Program-made: the position numbers and the translations under genes
Part shown: positions 43,931 to 54,355 of the stretch, piece by piece
Numbering within the stretch: position 1 is the stretch's first letter
How the letters are laid out: each line of letters opens with the position of its first letter
The notes under the pieces: model-generated
What the model saw: the letters and a program-made list of their open reading frames with translations, nothing else
Told to the model about the DNA's origin: nothing
Databases searched by the model: none
From: Candidatus Bathyarchaeota archaeon
GTDB taxonomy: Archaea > Thermoproteota > Bathyarchaeia > Bathyarchaeales > Bathycorpusculaceae
Assembly (NCBI GenBank): GCA_963717465.1
Contig: OY970340.1
Location: 2,592,001-2,656,000 of the forward strand
Length of the DNA: 64,000 bases
Direction: 5' to 3'

Positions 43931-44473
43931 CTAAGGGGACTTGTAAAACTTCCATTTAGGCGCGCCGCATATGGGACAGTTATCAGGAGGTGAACCTTCT
44001 ACCGTGTTTCCGCAGACACCGCAAATATAATAGTCCATATCTTCAGTTGGTTTCTTTTTATTCATTGCGTCTAATGCCTTCTGGAAAAGATTAGCATGCA
44101 CTTTTTCAACCTCATTTGCCATTTCAAAGCTCCAAACAGCAGGTTTTTTACCTTCCTTCTTAGCTGTGTCTATGAATTCTGGGTACATGCTCTTGAACTC
44201 AGCCGTTTCGCCAGATACTGCCGCACTGAGATTTTCAAGAGTTGATTTCACCTGTCCAGTTATTCTCACTTGAATCAGCGCATGTACAGCTTCTGCCTCT
44301 GCTGCCGCTTTGAAAAGTTTGGCAATCTGAGTGAAGCCTTCTTCTTCAGCCTTTAGTGCAAACGCCAAGTATCGCCTGTTCGCTTGTGACTCACCAGCAA
44401 ATGCAGTTTTCAGATTCTCATCAGTTTTTGTCATATCAATTAACCTTGCAAAGGTAATTGCAAAGTCACACAT
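43931..44473 (-). CDS. rbr: rubrerythrin
   Basis: AFAGESQA, EAVH and EKVH diiron motifs, CGVC...CPIC rubredoxin domain; start likely the ATG at 44434. Confidence 0.93.
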   Translation of the reverse strand: MCDFAITFARLIDMTKTDENLKTAFAGESQANRRYLAFALKAEEEGFTQIAKLFKAAAEAEAVHALIQVRITGQVKSTLENLSAAVSGETAEFKSMYPEFIDTAKKEGKKPAVWSFEMANEVEKVHANLFQKALDAMNKKKPTEDMDYYICGVCGNTVEGSPPDNCPICGAPKWKFYKSP

Positions 44474-44507
44474 AATAAGCTACAATAACCGTTTCTAACG
44501 CGCGTTA

Positions 44508-44643
44508 GTCGTGGAAAGCCTGACCCAGAAGCTATGGTTGGAAGAGATGGAAAAACCTTCAAGCTTGGCTACAAGCTGCACATGGTTACGGACGCGAAGC
44601 CAGAGCTGCCTTTGCTATGATTGCTACGCCTGCGAACGATAAC
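44508..44643 (+). mobile_element. DDE transposase fragment (IS4/IS5-like), pseudogene
   Basis: Manual translation SRGKPDPEAMVGRDGKTFKLGYKLHMVTDAKPELPL, then AMIATPANDN after a frameshift. Confidence 0.75.
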
Positions 44644-44809
44644 ACGCGCGACAGAACTACCACCAAAGGCGGCGCACTAATAAATGAAACGAACCCCAAG
44701 ATTCATACCGAAGAACATGACAGATGAGAATAATTCCCAAAACAAAATCTGTAGTTTTAAAAATGGTCTTTGAAGCAACTAAAGTCATCAACCCGATTTT
44801 TCACAAAGG

Positions 44810-45055
44810 CTACTCTACTTGGAAGACGTTTCCGCATTTTGTGCATCTGACGCTTTGCTTCTCAGTTCCTTTGGAAATTATCAAAAGGTAACCGCAAGAA
44901 GGGCACTTGATTGACTCTACCTTATAGTTCACTGATTCCGTTCTCGCAACTGTTTCTGTCCTGGGCGCTGGTTCGGTTCGGGGTTCCAGCTCTGTTCTAG
45001 GGGCTGGTTCGGTTCTAGCCTCGGGTTCCGATTTGTTTTCTTGAACGTTTGTCAA
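44810..45055 (-). CDS. zinc-ribbon protein with N-terminal hexapeptide repeats
   Basis: CPSC...CTKC; five E-x-x-x-R-T units; GGGGATGA-type SD. Confidence 0.75.
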   Translation of the reverse strand: MTNVQENKSEPEARTEPAPRTELEPRTEPAPRTETVARTESVNYKVESIKCPSCGYLLIISKGTEKQSVRCTKCGNVFQVE

Positions 45056-45343
45056 CTAATTCATCCCCCTAATAATGCCTTACTCATTTCAATTCCTGTG
45101 CTCTTATTGTTGCTGTCTAGTTATAAACCTTCCCTGTAAATAGCACGCGCTCTTCTGCTCGATATTAAGAACAAGACTATCTATGCACCATAGCTAACAC
45201 GATATATGCTATAGCTTAAGCTAAGTTTATAGCGCGTGCGAAAAAAATTGATATAATATAATGTAACGGTTAAAAAATTGTTAGAACAATTTGGTGCACG
45301 CGCAAGACTTATGGTTAAAAAAATTGAGGTAGCTCGTTGAGTG

Positions 45344-45517
45344 CTAAACCATAACGTGTGCGCATTTTTTTCTGTGAGCTACAGCTTTCCTTGCAATCGC
45401 TGATCGATCAGCCTTGGCTTTCATTGCTGTATCCATAATTCGTTGTGAACCAGTACGGAAACGATTTACACCAAACATTTTTTTCTTTGAAAGAATACTT
45501 TTCTTTTTCGAACTCAA
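45344..45517 (-). CDS. possible small basic protein (57 aa, not in ORF track)
   Basis: Manual translation MSSKKKSILSKKKMFGVNRFRTG...; TATA-like element ~30 bp upstream. Confidence 0.35.
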   Translation of the reverse strand: MSSKKKSILSKKKMFGVNRFRTGSQRIMDTAMKAKADRSAIARKAVAHRKKCAHVMV

Positions 45518-46013
45518 TTCATTTCAACTCTGAAGTTATGCTGTGTGAATAAATAAAGATAGCATTTATGAAACAAGAATTCATATTCTAACTTAACAGT
45601 CTCTGCAAGCGCGCACTCTGTTTTTGTGTTAGCATGAGGCTTGAAGGTTAGTCTATGTGTCTTAATAATGAGTGATTGAAACTGACTTAACTAGAAGTGA
45701 AGAGAGACTTCTTAAAGTGAAAGAAGTTTTGCAACAGTCTGTTTTGTAATGCTTATAATTTAACAAAAGTATTGTTAGTTGAATTAACCCTGTTTTAATC
45801 CAAGAGAAAATAAAAATGAGTGGTAGAGGGGGACTGGTGATTTTTTCATCATTTTTTTAGCAATCTATAGTGTATGCTCGATTCTGACATATCACGCTGT
45901 ATACTGGATTTAGCTATGTTATACTTAGTATGTTATGTTTAGAGTACCTTACCAATTGATTAGTATCTAAACCTAGTATGCACTAGGTAATTTTCTATGA
46001 TTTTTAATTGGTG

Positions 46014-46032
46014 TGGGATTAAAATTTAATCC
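46014..46032. repeat. palindromic element, copy 1
   Basis: TGGGATTAAAATTTAATCC, identical to 51944-51962. Confidence 0.85.
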
Positions 46033-46367
46033 CCCCCCCCCCCCGATTAGTTTACGGTAACCTGCCTTGCCTGAATAAGCATGAGAAGGCAGGTGTATTG
46101 TTAGTCTGCCCCCTAAAACTATGCTTTATGCCCCCCACAGAGGGGGGGAAGTAAAGTGCGTAACAAAAGAGTTGAGTAAGGCAGGGGACTTTTGTTACCT
46201 TACCTTATACCTATATAATATATGATATAAGGTACTTTTTTTACCGAGGTACAAAAGTAAGACTTTTTAGGGCTACAATCAAGTAAAATTAACGTATATC
46301 ACTAAGGGAAAAAGGATATACTCGCAAAAACAACAAAAAACATTATTATTGCTAAGTCTGTTCTTTT

Positions 46368-46715
46368 TTAATTGGGACAGTTGGAGCGGCGCTCTGCTAA
46401 ATTTGTTCCGCAATAAGGGCACCTTATCCAACTTTCTTCAAGACCTTTTCCACATTGTGGACAGCGTAAGCCTTGATATATTTGTGGCTGTTGGGGAATT
46501 TGGAGTATCTGTTGTTTGTGTTCTTTTAGAACTAACCCAAGGACTAACATGATGAAGGCTACAAACCATAAACCCAATCCGCCTAAGACAATTATAACCA
46601 TTGCTATTGCTGTAGACAGGTTTTCGTTTGGTGATGTCCCTGCGCTTGATGCCCAGACTAAAAGTAATCCGAACAAGAAAAGCACTAAACTTGCTATTAG
46701 CAACCTTTTGTGCAT
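46368..46715 (-). CDS. two-TM membrane protein with C-terminal zinc ribbon
   Basis: Two TM segments, CPQC...CPYC. Confidence 0.8.
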   Translation of the reverse strand: MHKRLLIASLVLFLFGLLLVWASSAGTSPNENLSTAIAMVIIVLGGLGLWFVAFIMLVLGLVLKEHKQQILQIPQQPQIYQGLRCPQCGKGLEESWIRCPYCGTNLAERRSNCPN

Positions 46716-46866
46716 TACATCAGAGCCTTAACCTATCTATTTATCTAGAAACTTCAGTTTTGATCGTCTTATATAAAAATTTAGGATTATTATTCTATTA
46801 GCTAAATTATAACAAGTTTATGTGGAAAATAATTCATAAGACCCGATTTACTTTTATTATTAAATA

Positions 46867-47673
46867 TCATCTTTCAACGCTTAGAATTGTAATGTTAGGA
46901 TAATAGTATTCGTCTAAACCAGAATTCCAAGTTTCTACAAACTGTTGATACCCAACAGGCATGCTCAGGGTAAAAGTTTGGGTATCCCCATTTCCACCAT
47001 ATACTTCAACCGTTACGTTGCAGCTTGAAGAGCCAAAGTTATAGAGGTCAATTGTACCAGTGTACCAAACCGTCATCCCCTGCAATCCTTCAGTATATGT
47101 GTAGTTTGTTACCGCAACTTCGTTTGAATACGCCAAGAATGTGCCGTTATTTATTCCAAGGATACCTGTAAGTTCATCTTGTAACTCAGCATATTGATTA
47201 TTAAGCGTGTTATAGGTAGAGTTTAATTCATCATATTGCAAGTTTAAAGTGTTAAGTTGTGAGGTTAAGTTATTTACTTGTTCTTCAAGTTGGTTATTTT
47301 GAGAAGTTAGACTACTATTTAGTGAATTTAAAAGGGCAAGCTGAGAGGTAAGATTGCTGATTTGATTTTGAAGTGCTAAGTTTTGAGTACTCAATGAACT
47401 ATTTGTAGCCTGGAGAAATGATATCTGGTCATTTAGGTTTGTGATTTCAGAATTTAAGTCATCCATTGTTGAATTGTCAAGCAAAATTGTGTTGTTCAAG
47501 TTAGAGTTTTGAGAATTCAAAGAGTTTACTTGGCTGTTAAGATTTGAAATTGTTGAATCTTTGCTGGTTAAAACTGATAATGCGAATGCACCACTAACTG
47601 CTGCTATAATACATATAGTAATACTTATCACGATTATTTTTCTAGTTGCGCCTATTTTTTGATTCATTTGCAT
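46867..47673 (-). CDS. membrane-anchored coiled-coil surface protein
   Basis: N-terminal TM, long L/N/Q heptad region, beta-rich C-terminal domain. Confidence 0.8.
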   Translation of the reverse strand: MQMNQKIGATRKIIVISITICIIAAVSGAFALSVLTSKDSTISNLNSQVNSLNSQNSNLNNTILLDNSTMDDLNSEITNLNDQISFLQATNSSLSTQNLALQNQISNLTSQLALLNSLNSSLTSQNNQLEEQVNNLTSQLNTLNLQYDELNSTYNTLNNQYAELQDELTGILGINNGTFLAYSNEVAVTNYTYTEGLQGMTVWYTGTIDLYNFGSSSCNVTVEVYGGNGDTQTFTLSMPVGYQQFVETWNSGLDEYYYPNITILSVER

Positions 47674-47773
47674 TCACTGCTTGCCTGCTTGTATTTGTTT
47701 TCTGAATTTAAAGCTTGCTGTTTGACTTACATAACAACGATAAGAAGATGCGTGGGCGAGCACCCCAGTAACA

Positions 47774-47801
47774 ACTCTTTTTTGGATTAAATTTAATCCA
47801 A
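47774..47801. repeat. palindromic element, copy 2
   Basis: Perfect 20-bp palindrome TTGGATTAAATTTAATCCAA (47782-47801); the left flank ACTCTTTTTT is the inverted near-match of the flank at 51963-51971. Confidence 0.85.
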
Positions 47802-47929
47802 CCCAACCACTAGTTCAAAAAATTAACATATGGATAACTAACGTTTTGGTCTATTGGTAGAAAGCTTATCTTTTAGAAAAGACAAAAATCCTTTATCATA
47901 CTTCAATACGAACAGTTAAGGAATACAGT

Positions 47930-48685
47930 TTGTCTACAAACTACGATAAAGGGCAAGAAGCAGAGAAAATCGCCAAAATCTGGTTACAACAGAAATTCCC
48001 TTACAAATTCGAACAAAGAGCACTGCAAGTTGGAATTACTTCCGATGGGAAACCAGCTATGCATAATTTTGACCTTGTCTCCCCGATAGTCGAATTATTG
48101 CAGAAGTAAAAGCTCATACGATGACCAAAAGTGGAAATGTGCCTTCAGCGAAAATTGCTGATGCTTATTACGCTTGTTTAATGCTTGAGGAAAGTCTCTG
48201 CTGAAAAGAAATATCTTCTGTTAACGGACATTGACTTCTACAGGATATTCAGAAAGTATTCTGATGGAAAGATTGATAATAAAATAATAATTCAGCTTGT
48301 TCCTAATGCGATAATAGATGAGACAAATGATAAAACGAGAAAATCACGAGTTTTGTGTGGAGCACCCATAATACCAACAGAGATGAGCTTTGATGCTTTT
48401 TGGGCTGACCTCAAATCTTTTCTGTCAAGTAGGCGATTGATTAGAAATTGGACCGCTCAAAAAGGCTACATAGGAGAAGATTTTGAAGCAATATACGATT
48501 TTGGATATGTAGTCATCTATCCAGCGTCAGCAACCACGCAGAAAGTTCGGAGACAGGACTTTAAGCTTGTTTTTGATAATTGGCAAGGATACATAAATGG
48601 TGTGGTTTCTCGGGAAGCGCTCTGCGAATCCAGCCGATTTACGAAATATACCATAAGCATTACACATGAGTATCTAGTTAAATGA
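47930..48685 (+). CDS. PD-(D/E)XK nuclease-like protein with an extra C-terminal domain, two frameshifts
   Basis: Manual joining gives MSTNYDKGQEAE...HNFDLVSP/DSRIIAEVK...; continues into track ORF 48185-48685. Confidence 0.6.
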
Positions 48686-48725
48686 ACAAAATAGCGAAAT
48701 AGTAGTTACCATCTAATAGCTATCC

Positions 48726-49553
48726 ATGAAACTGCTCTTTAAGGAAGCCATTCAAACCTGTTTCGACCCACCAGAAGAACGGTCAAAAAAGTTGATAACA
48801 TGGGTTGAAAACTCAAACTCTGCAAGAAACACTGAAGACCTAAACAAAAAACTTAACCAGTATGATAAAGCGGAAGAACTCATAACATTTTACACCTTTG
48901 CACCCTTAGTGTTAAGCTTAAACAGGGTGGGATTAGTTAACAGAATCCTTTCCTTAGCGAAAGTAAGCGCACACGAAGAAAACGTTGCAAATGTAAAACT
49001 GGAAAAGCTATTCCCAAGTCCAAAAGGTTACCTCAAATGGATAAAAGAAGAAGTGAAAAAGCATCCTGTAAAATACATCAGAGACCAAGCTGACGCACAT
49101 AAGCCAAATCAACGATTAGAGTCAGATACACATGTTGATGCTTTCATAGAAACCGACAAGTTACTAATCCTTTTTGAAATCAAATTCACTTCAGACATAG
49201 CCTACGAAACGACCTTCAATCCCACAAGAAACCAGTTGGCAAGACTTGTTGATGTCGGATTAGAAGTCAATGAACATAATGGCAAAGAAGTACTTGTTAT
49301 TCTTTCAACACCACACAGATTCTTCTATAGCAAGAGCAGACTCTATTACTACAAAATCAAGGAGTACACTGACCCAGTAAAGATAGCGGAAGACATCGAG
49401 TGGAGAAACGTTTCAACCATAAGAGACAATGTCTTAGCTGTAACATGGATTGCATTGGAAGACCTCATTGATGTACTCTACAAAGACTTTGAGCATAAAG
49501 ATAAGGAAGAAGCATTAGAATTCTTCAAAGAGAGGAACTTGATTCGCTCATAA
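48726..49553 (+). CDS. PD-(D/E)XK restriction-endonuclease-like protein
   Basis: THVDAFI...LILFEIKF...RNQLARLVD (D...ExK...QxxR). Confidence 0.65.
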   Translation: MKLLFKEAIQTCFDPPEERSKKLITWVENSNSARNTEDLNKKLNQYDKAEELITFYTFAPLVLSLNRVGLVNRILSLAKVSAHEENVANVKLEKLFPSPKGYLKWIKEEVKKHPVKYIRDQADAHKPNQRLESDTHVDAFIETDKLLILFEIKFTSDIAYETTFNPTRNQLARLVDVGLEVNEHNGKEVLVILSTPHRFFYSKSRLYYYKIKEYTDPVKIAEDIEWRNVSTIRDNVLAVTWIALEDLIDVLYKDFEHKDKEEALEFFKERNLIRS

Positions 49554-49591
49554 ACCCTAAAATGTTATTATAATAAAAGCAACAATATGAT

Positions 49592-50510
49592 TTGAGGAAA
49601 TTATTGATTGATTACCTTGTTGGGACAGGTGGATGGAGTTACTTTAATGTTCCAAATAAGCCTCAACTGAAATCTTATAGTGAAATATTCAACTTTGTAG
49701 AAGTAAACTACACATTTTATGAGTATCCAACTGTTCAAACTGTAGAGCAATGGAGAAGAACTGTTCCAAAGGACTTCACTTTCTCAGTTCGATGCCACCA
49801 AGACCTAACTCACAAAATAGGCTTAAAACCAGTAGATGAAGCCTACGAAGTATTCTATAAAGCCAAAACCTATGCTGACATCCTTCAAACTCCTTATGTG
49901 GTGTTAGAGACACCTACTAGTTACACAATAAATAGCGATGCAAGAGGTTTTCTTTCTACATTAAACTTGAAAGGTATTCAGCTTGTTTGGGAATACAGAG
50001 CACCCATCACACCAGAAGTAACTAATCTCATGCAAGACTTCAACATAATACAATGTGTTGACTTATCAGAGCAAAAACCAAGCTACAACTTAGATGTAAC
50101 CTATTCAAGACTGTTTGGGAAAGGACAACATAACATCTATCAATTCACCGATGGCGAACTATCAGAAATACAGCATCAAGCCGAAGAAACCTAATTCAAA
50201 GCAAGTAATACTAGCATATCATGGAGCACGGATGAATAGTGACGCTTTGAGGTTTCAACAGCATTTGAAAACTGGGAATTATTTACCTGTAACTTCTGCT
50301 ACTGGTGCAGATTCAGCGAAAGAAGTCTTAGCTGAAGACGCAACATTCCCCTCTTCTAAGGCAGAACTAATTAAGAAGCAAGGTTGGAAAGTCATAGATG
50401 TCAAACAAAACCAGACAGCTCACTTATCCGAATTTCTAAGTAGCATTCCAGACAAAAAATACAACAGTGTCAACGAAGTGGTAAAGGAGTTAGAAGCAGT
50501 CATTGGGTAA
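49592..50510 (+). CDS. DUF72 protein with C-terminal DUF2795-like domain, frameshift near 50190
   Basis: VGTGGWSY, FVEVNYTFY; second frame FPSSKAEL...IPDKKYNSVNEV. Confidence 0.75.
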
Positions 50511-51331
50511 AGATAACATTATCTTAGGAACTTGCGGATGGAGTTACAAAGAGTGGGAAGGGAACTTCTATCGGATTAAAAGTGGTCAGAGCAAACTTCG
50601 AGCTTACTCAAGAGTTTTCAAAACTGCTGAAATAGACTCTACGTTCTATCGCAATCCATCTAAAGGTACAGTTATGGGGTGGCTGAAGTATTCACCAAGC
50701 GACTTTTTATTCAGTGCTAAACTGCCTAAGACAATAACGCATGATAACATGCTTGGTTTAAGGAAAGACGTTAAGGCTAATTTGGAAGTGTTCTTGGATT
50801 TAATGAGACCTCTACAGTTAGGTGGAAAACTCGCATGTTTGCTCATACAGTTACCACCAAAGTACACGTATAATCCGAGAATCTTGAAGAATTCTTCAAA
50901 ATGCTTGACCCAACTTTTAGGTATGCAGTAGAATTTAGAAATATTACATGGTTGCTTCCTGAAACTGTGACTTTTAAGCTCTTAGAGCAATATGGGGTAG
51001 CTTATACTATTGTTGATGAACCGCTGTCTGCCACCAGAAGTGCATGTAACTACTGATTTTGCTTATTTCAGGTGGCATGGCAAAGGAGAAGATATCTGGT
51101 TTGACTACAGGTACAGCACGGAAGAGTTAGATGCTTGGATTCCAAAAGTGCAAGAAACCTCTAACAAAGTCAAAAAAATCTATCGGGTACTTTAACAATC
51201 ACTATCATGGTTATGCACCAGAGAATTGTCTACAGCTAATTGAGAAGTTAGGGTTAACAACTGAAGAACAAAAAAAAGCAAAGTCGAAAAACACTGTTAA
51301 ACAATCACAGTTAGGCTCATTCTTTAAGTGA
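50503..51331 (+). CDS. DUF72 protein, split by several frameshifts
   Basis: GTCGWSY, EIDSTFY, LIQLPP, YFRWHG, YFNNH. Confidence 0.85.
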
Positions 51332-51410
51332 ACCTTCCACTACACATAGGCATTCAACTGGTTAATCCTTCTAAGTCCTTGCTTTTTCTTTATGGTGAAA
51401 GATGGAGTCT

Positions 51411-51837
51411 TTAATCTCGTCTTGCCAATCTTTTCTTCATGCATTCTTCACAAAAATTGTTCTTGAACCTTCTTAAACGCTTGGGCTGAAATAACTTTCC
51501 GCAACCACTGCACTTTATTTGATTAACCTGTTTGGACTCAAGCAGTCTTAGTCTTCGCTCTATCTCAAATTTAACCTCAGAAATCATCAACTGTTTTCAA
51601 AGCATCAGTTAACAAAAGCTTTGCCTGTTCAACACTATTTTCACCAAAAACTCTTCCAAAACCATTCTCACTCTTGCCTTTTCGAACTTCCATTGGCAAC
51701 ATGCAAACAAAATTTGAAGGATAACTCTTAGACTTGCGCACATCAATTACGGCAAAGCGAATGCGATTCCTTTGAGAATAATCCAAAATGTCTTCTCGCT
51801 TAATGATATGCAACTTAAAGTCCATGTCAATCAACAC
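51411..51837 (-). CDS. hypothetical protein with C-terminal zinc ribbon, frameshift near 51580
   Basis: Track ORF continues in another frame to CSGC...CEEC and a stop at 51411. Confidence 0.65.
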
Positions 51838-51943
51838 TTAGAACTGAGAGATTAAGAATGCAAACTAATAATTGTAACCTATGGATTTTTCAAAAATATG
51901 TTGTCTGGTTTGAAACTTGTCACTCGAATTTTCCACACCACAT

Positions 51944-51971
51944 TGGGATTAAAATTTAATCCAAAAAGAGT
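51944..51971. repeat. palindromic element, copy 3
   Basis: TGGGATTAAAATTTAATCCAAAAAGAGT. Confidence 0.85.
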
Positions 51972-52009
51972 GCTGAGAAAAAGCAAGTTACTTATCAAGG
52001 TTAATCTTT

Positions 52010-52459
52010 CTATTGCACAACTAAGACAGGGCATTTAGCTAAATTAACAATTCTTTCACTTGTGGTTCCCATGAAAGCCTCATGCACTCTACTCACCCCT
52101 TTATGACCAACCACGATTAAATCAAAATCTCGTGATGCGTCAACGATTTCGCGGACCGGATTACCTTCTTTTACTAAAGGCAAAAGAGTCATGTTTGGCT
52201 TGAGTTCTTTAACCTTATTAATGACATTAGCTATTGACTGTTCACTCTTCTTTTTTAATTCGTCGTAGAATAATGGATCGAAGTAGACTGGTACGTCTCC
52301 ACTGAAAAAACCTATGGAACCAGCCATAGAGGGCGGCGTTTGAATGACATTTAAAATAGTGATGGAGGCATTCAGTTTTTCAGCTAAGTCTACAGCTGCA
52401 TCCAAAGCTCTTTTTGAGTTTTCAGAAAAATCAACTGCTACCAATATTTTACTTATCAT
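52010..52459 (-). CDS. universal stress protein
   Basis: ILVAVDFS, DLIVVG, GTTSERIV...CPVLVV. Confidence 0.92.
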   Translation of the reverse strand: MISKILVAVDFSENSKRALDAAVDLAEKLNASITILNVIQTPPSMAGSIGFFSGDVPVYFDPLFYDELKKKSEQSIANVINKVKELKPNMTLLPLVKEGNPVREIVDASRDFDLIVVGHKGVSRVHEAFMGTTSERIVNLAKCPVLVVQ

Positions 52460-52687
52460 AAAAAGAGTTAGGCGTTAATCGCTTAATAAATTTTTTTACC
52501 CTGAGCATTTTTAATCCGAGTGAAAACAAAATAACTGTACTCAAGATGTCAGAGAGGGAATTAGCGTTTTTTTTAATTAAAATTTAAGCCCCAAGTGTGA
52601 TATCTACACATTATCACATATGCTTATAGATGATGCAGGGTTTATGTATAGTGCTGAAAAAATGTAAAAGTTTTTGGAGGTGATTGT

Positions 52688-53212
52688 ATGGTTATGTCAG
52701 GTCAGCGGACTGTTATGTATGGTCCGATGCAATTATTTGTGATAGGCTTTCCAGGAAACAAGTTTAGCGGCGAAATACTTCCAGCGATAAATGATGCCAG
52801 AGATACAGATTTGATTAGGATGATTGATTACTTATTTATATTTAAGGATAAGAACGGTAGAGTCAGTTCTGTTAAGGGTACCGATTTAGGCAAAAAAGAG
52901 GTTAAGCAGCTTGATTCGGTTCTTGGTGCTTTGATAGGTTTAGGCGCGGGCGGCATAAAAGGTGCAAAAGCTGGGGCCGAAGAGGGTGCTCGTTTTGGTG
53001 AACGCGACATGGGATTATCAAAGAAAGATATCAGAGAAATCGCCGAGAACTTTCCTATCAATAGTTCTGCATTGCTCATGATTGTTGAGCATTTGTGGGC
53101 TAAGGGTATCAAGCAGGCGTTGGTTAATTCTGGCGGAATAATGCTGGCACAGGGAATGGTAACACCCGAAGTTGTGGCTGAAATTGGTATGGCATTGAGA
53201 GCGCAAGCTTAA
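52688..53212 (+). CDS. DUF1269/DUF6325-like protein
   Basis: GPMQLFVIGFPG, Gly-rich segment, SSALLMIVEHLWA; GGAGGTGA SD. Confidence 0.7.
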   Translation: MVMSGQRTVMYGPMQLFVIGFPGNKFSGEILPAINDARDTDLIRMIDYLFIFKDKNGRVSSVKGTDLGKKEVKQLDSVLGALIGLGAGGIKGAKAGAEEGARFGERDMGLSKKDIREIAENFPINSSALLMIVEHLWAKGIKQALVNSGGIMLAQGMVTPEVVAEIGMALRAQA

Positions 53213-53343
53213 CTTTTAAAAGGCTAATACTACCTTTAACCACAGAACCCGTTTGTTTCACGATAAATGTTTACCGCAAACTCAATGTTAACTTTTTAAG
53301 ATTGTTGAAAGCTATTTCTCATTAGCAGACTTGGGATTAATTC

Positions 53344-54355
53344 TTGAAAAATAAGGCACATGTTTATCGGGAAACAATAAGGGAAGGTCTTAGACTATAC
53401 CGTGGATTGTTTTTAAACTCTCTTGGAATAAAGGCTCCCTTGTTTGGTGGCCATAAGTTAACCTATAATTGTAACCTTAAGTGTAAAATGTGTCCTTTTT
53501 GGAAGAGACCAAGCAAAAATTTAAGCACCCAACAAGAAAAAGAAATTCTAAATCAAATTTATAACGCAGGACTTTTTGCGGTTGGATTTGAAGGCGGAGA
53601 ACCGCTCTTACGAAAAGACTTGCCTGAAATTTTGGCTTATTCTCGTTCTCTGCCTCTACATACAAATCTTGTCACCAATGGTACTCTTCTCAAATCCAGG
53701 ATAGATGAAATAGCACCGTATCTCAATGGTATCCTCTTTGTTTCTTTAGATGGTTTGGCGAAAACTCATGACCAGATAAGGGGTGTTAATGGGTGTTTCA
53801 AACAAGCAGTACAGGGCATAACTGAAGCAAGAAGTAAGGCTTCCGTAACAATCAATACAACTATACAGTCTGATAACATCCATGAAATAGATGACATGGT
53901 ACAATTGGCAAAGGATTTAGGCGTAAGAATAACCTTTTCTCTTGCCCACGAGTACTATAACATAGAGGCTATCGACGCCTCAAGAAGATGAAGTCAAAAA
54001 GGTAGCAAAACGACTCCTGGAGTTTAAGAAAAAAGGCTATCCTATTTTTAATTCAACCAATTATTTCAAAGCAATGGCTAAAGAAAAAAACTGGAAATGC
54101 AAGCCCTGGGCGGTAATCAATATTGGCGTAGATGGCCAGTTGGTTCTGCCTTGTTATGTTCATAACCAGTACAAGACTAGCACGTCTGTTTTTGAGAATA
54201 GCATCAAAGAGGTCATTTCAAGTTATAATTGGAAAGCAACGCAAAACTGTGTAAAATGTAATCTTCAATGTTATGTAGAACCTTCTCTGGTGCTTTCATG
54301 GGATTTGCGCAGTATTAAGGATTGGGCTTTGCCAGCTAGGCCTAATTTGGCATAG
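53344..54355 (+). CDS. radical SAM protein (PTO1314-like) with C-terminal Cys cluster, frameshift near 53980
   Basis: GHKLTYNCNLKCKMC, GGEP; downstream CKPW...PC...CVKCNLQC. Confidence 0.8.

Noticed and set aside
46014..51971. Archaeal dif (XerA) sites
   Set aside because: Known dif sites have two arms separated by a 6-bp spacer; this palindrome has essentially no spacer.
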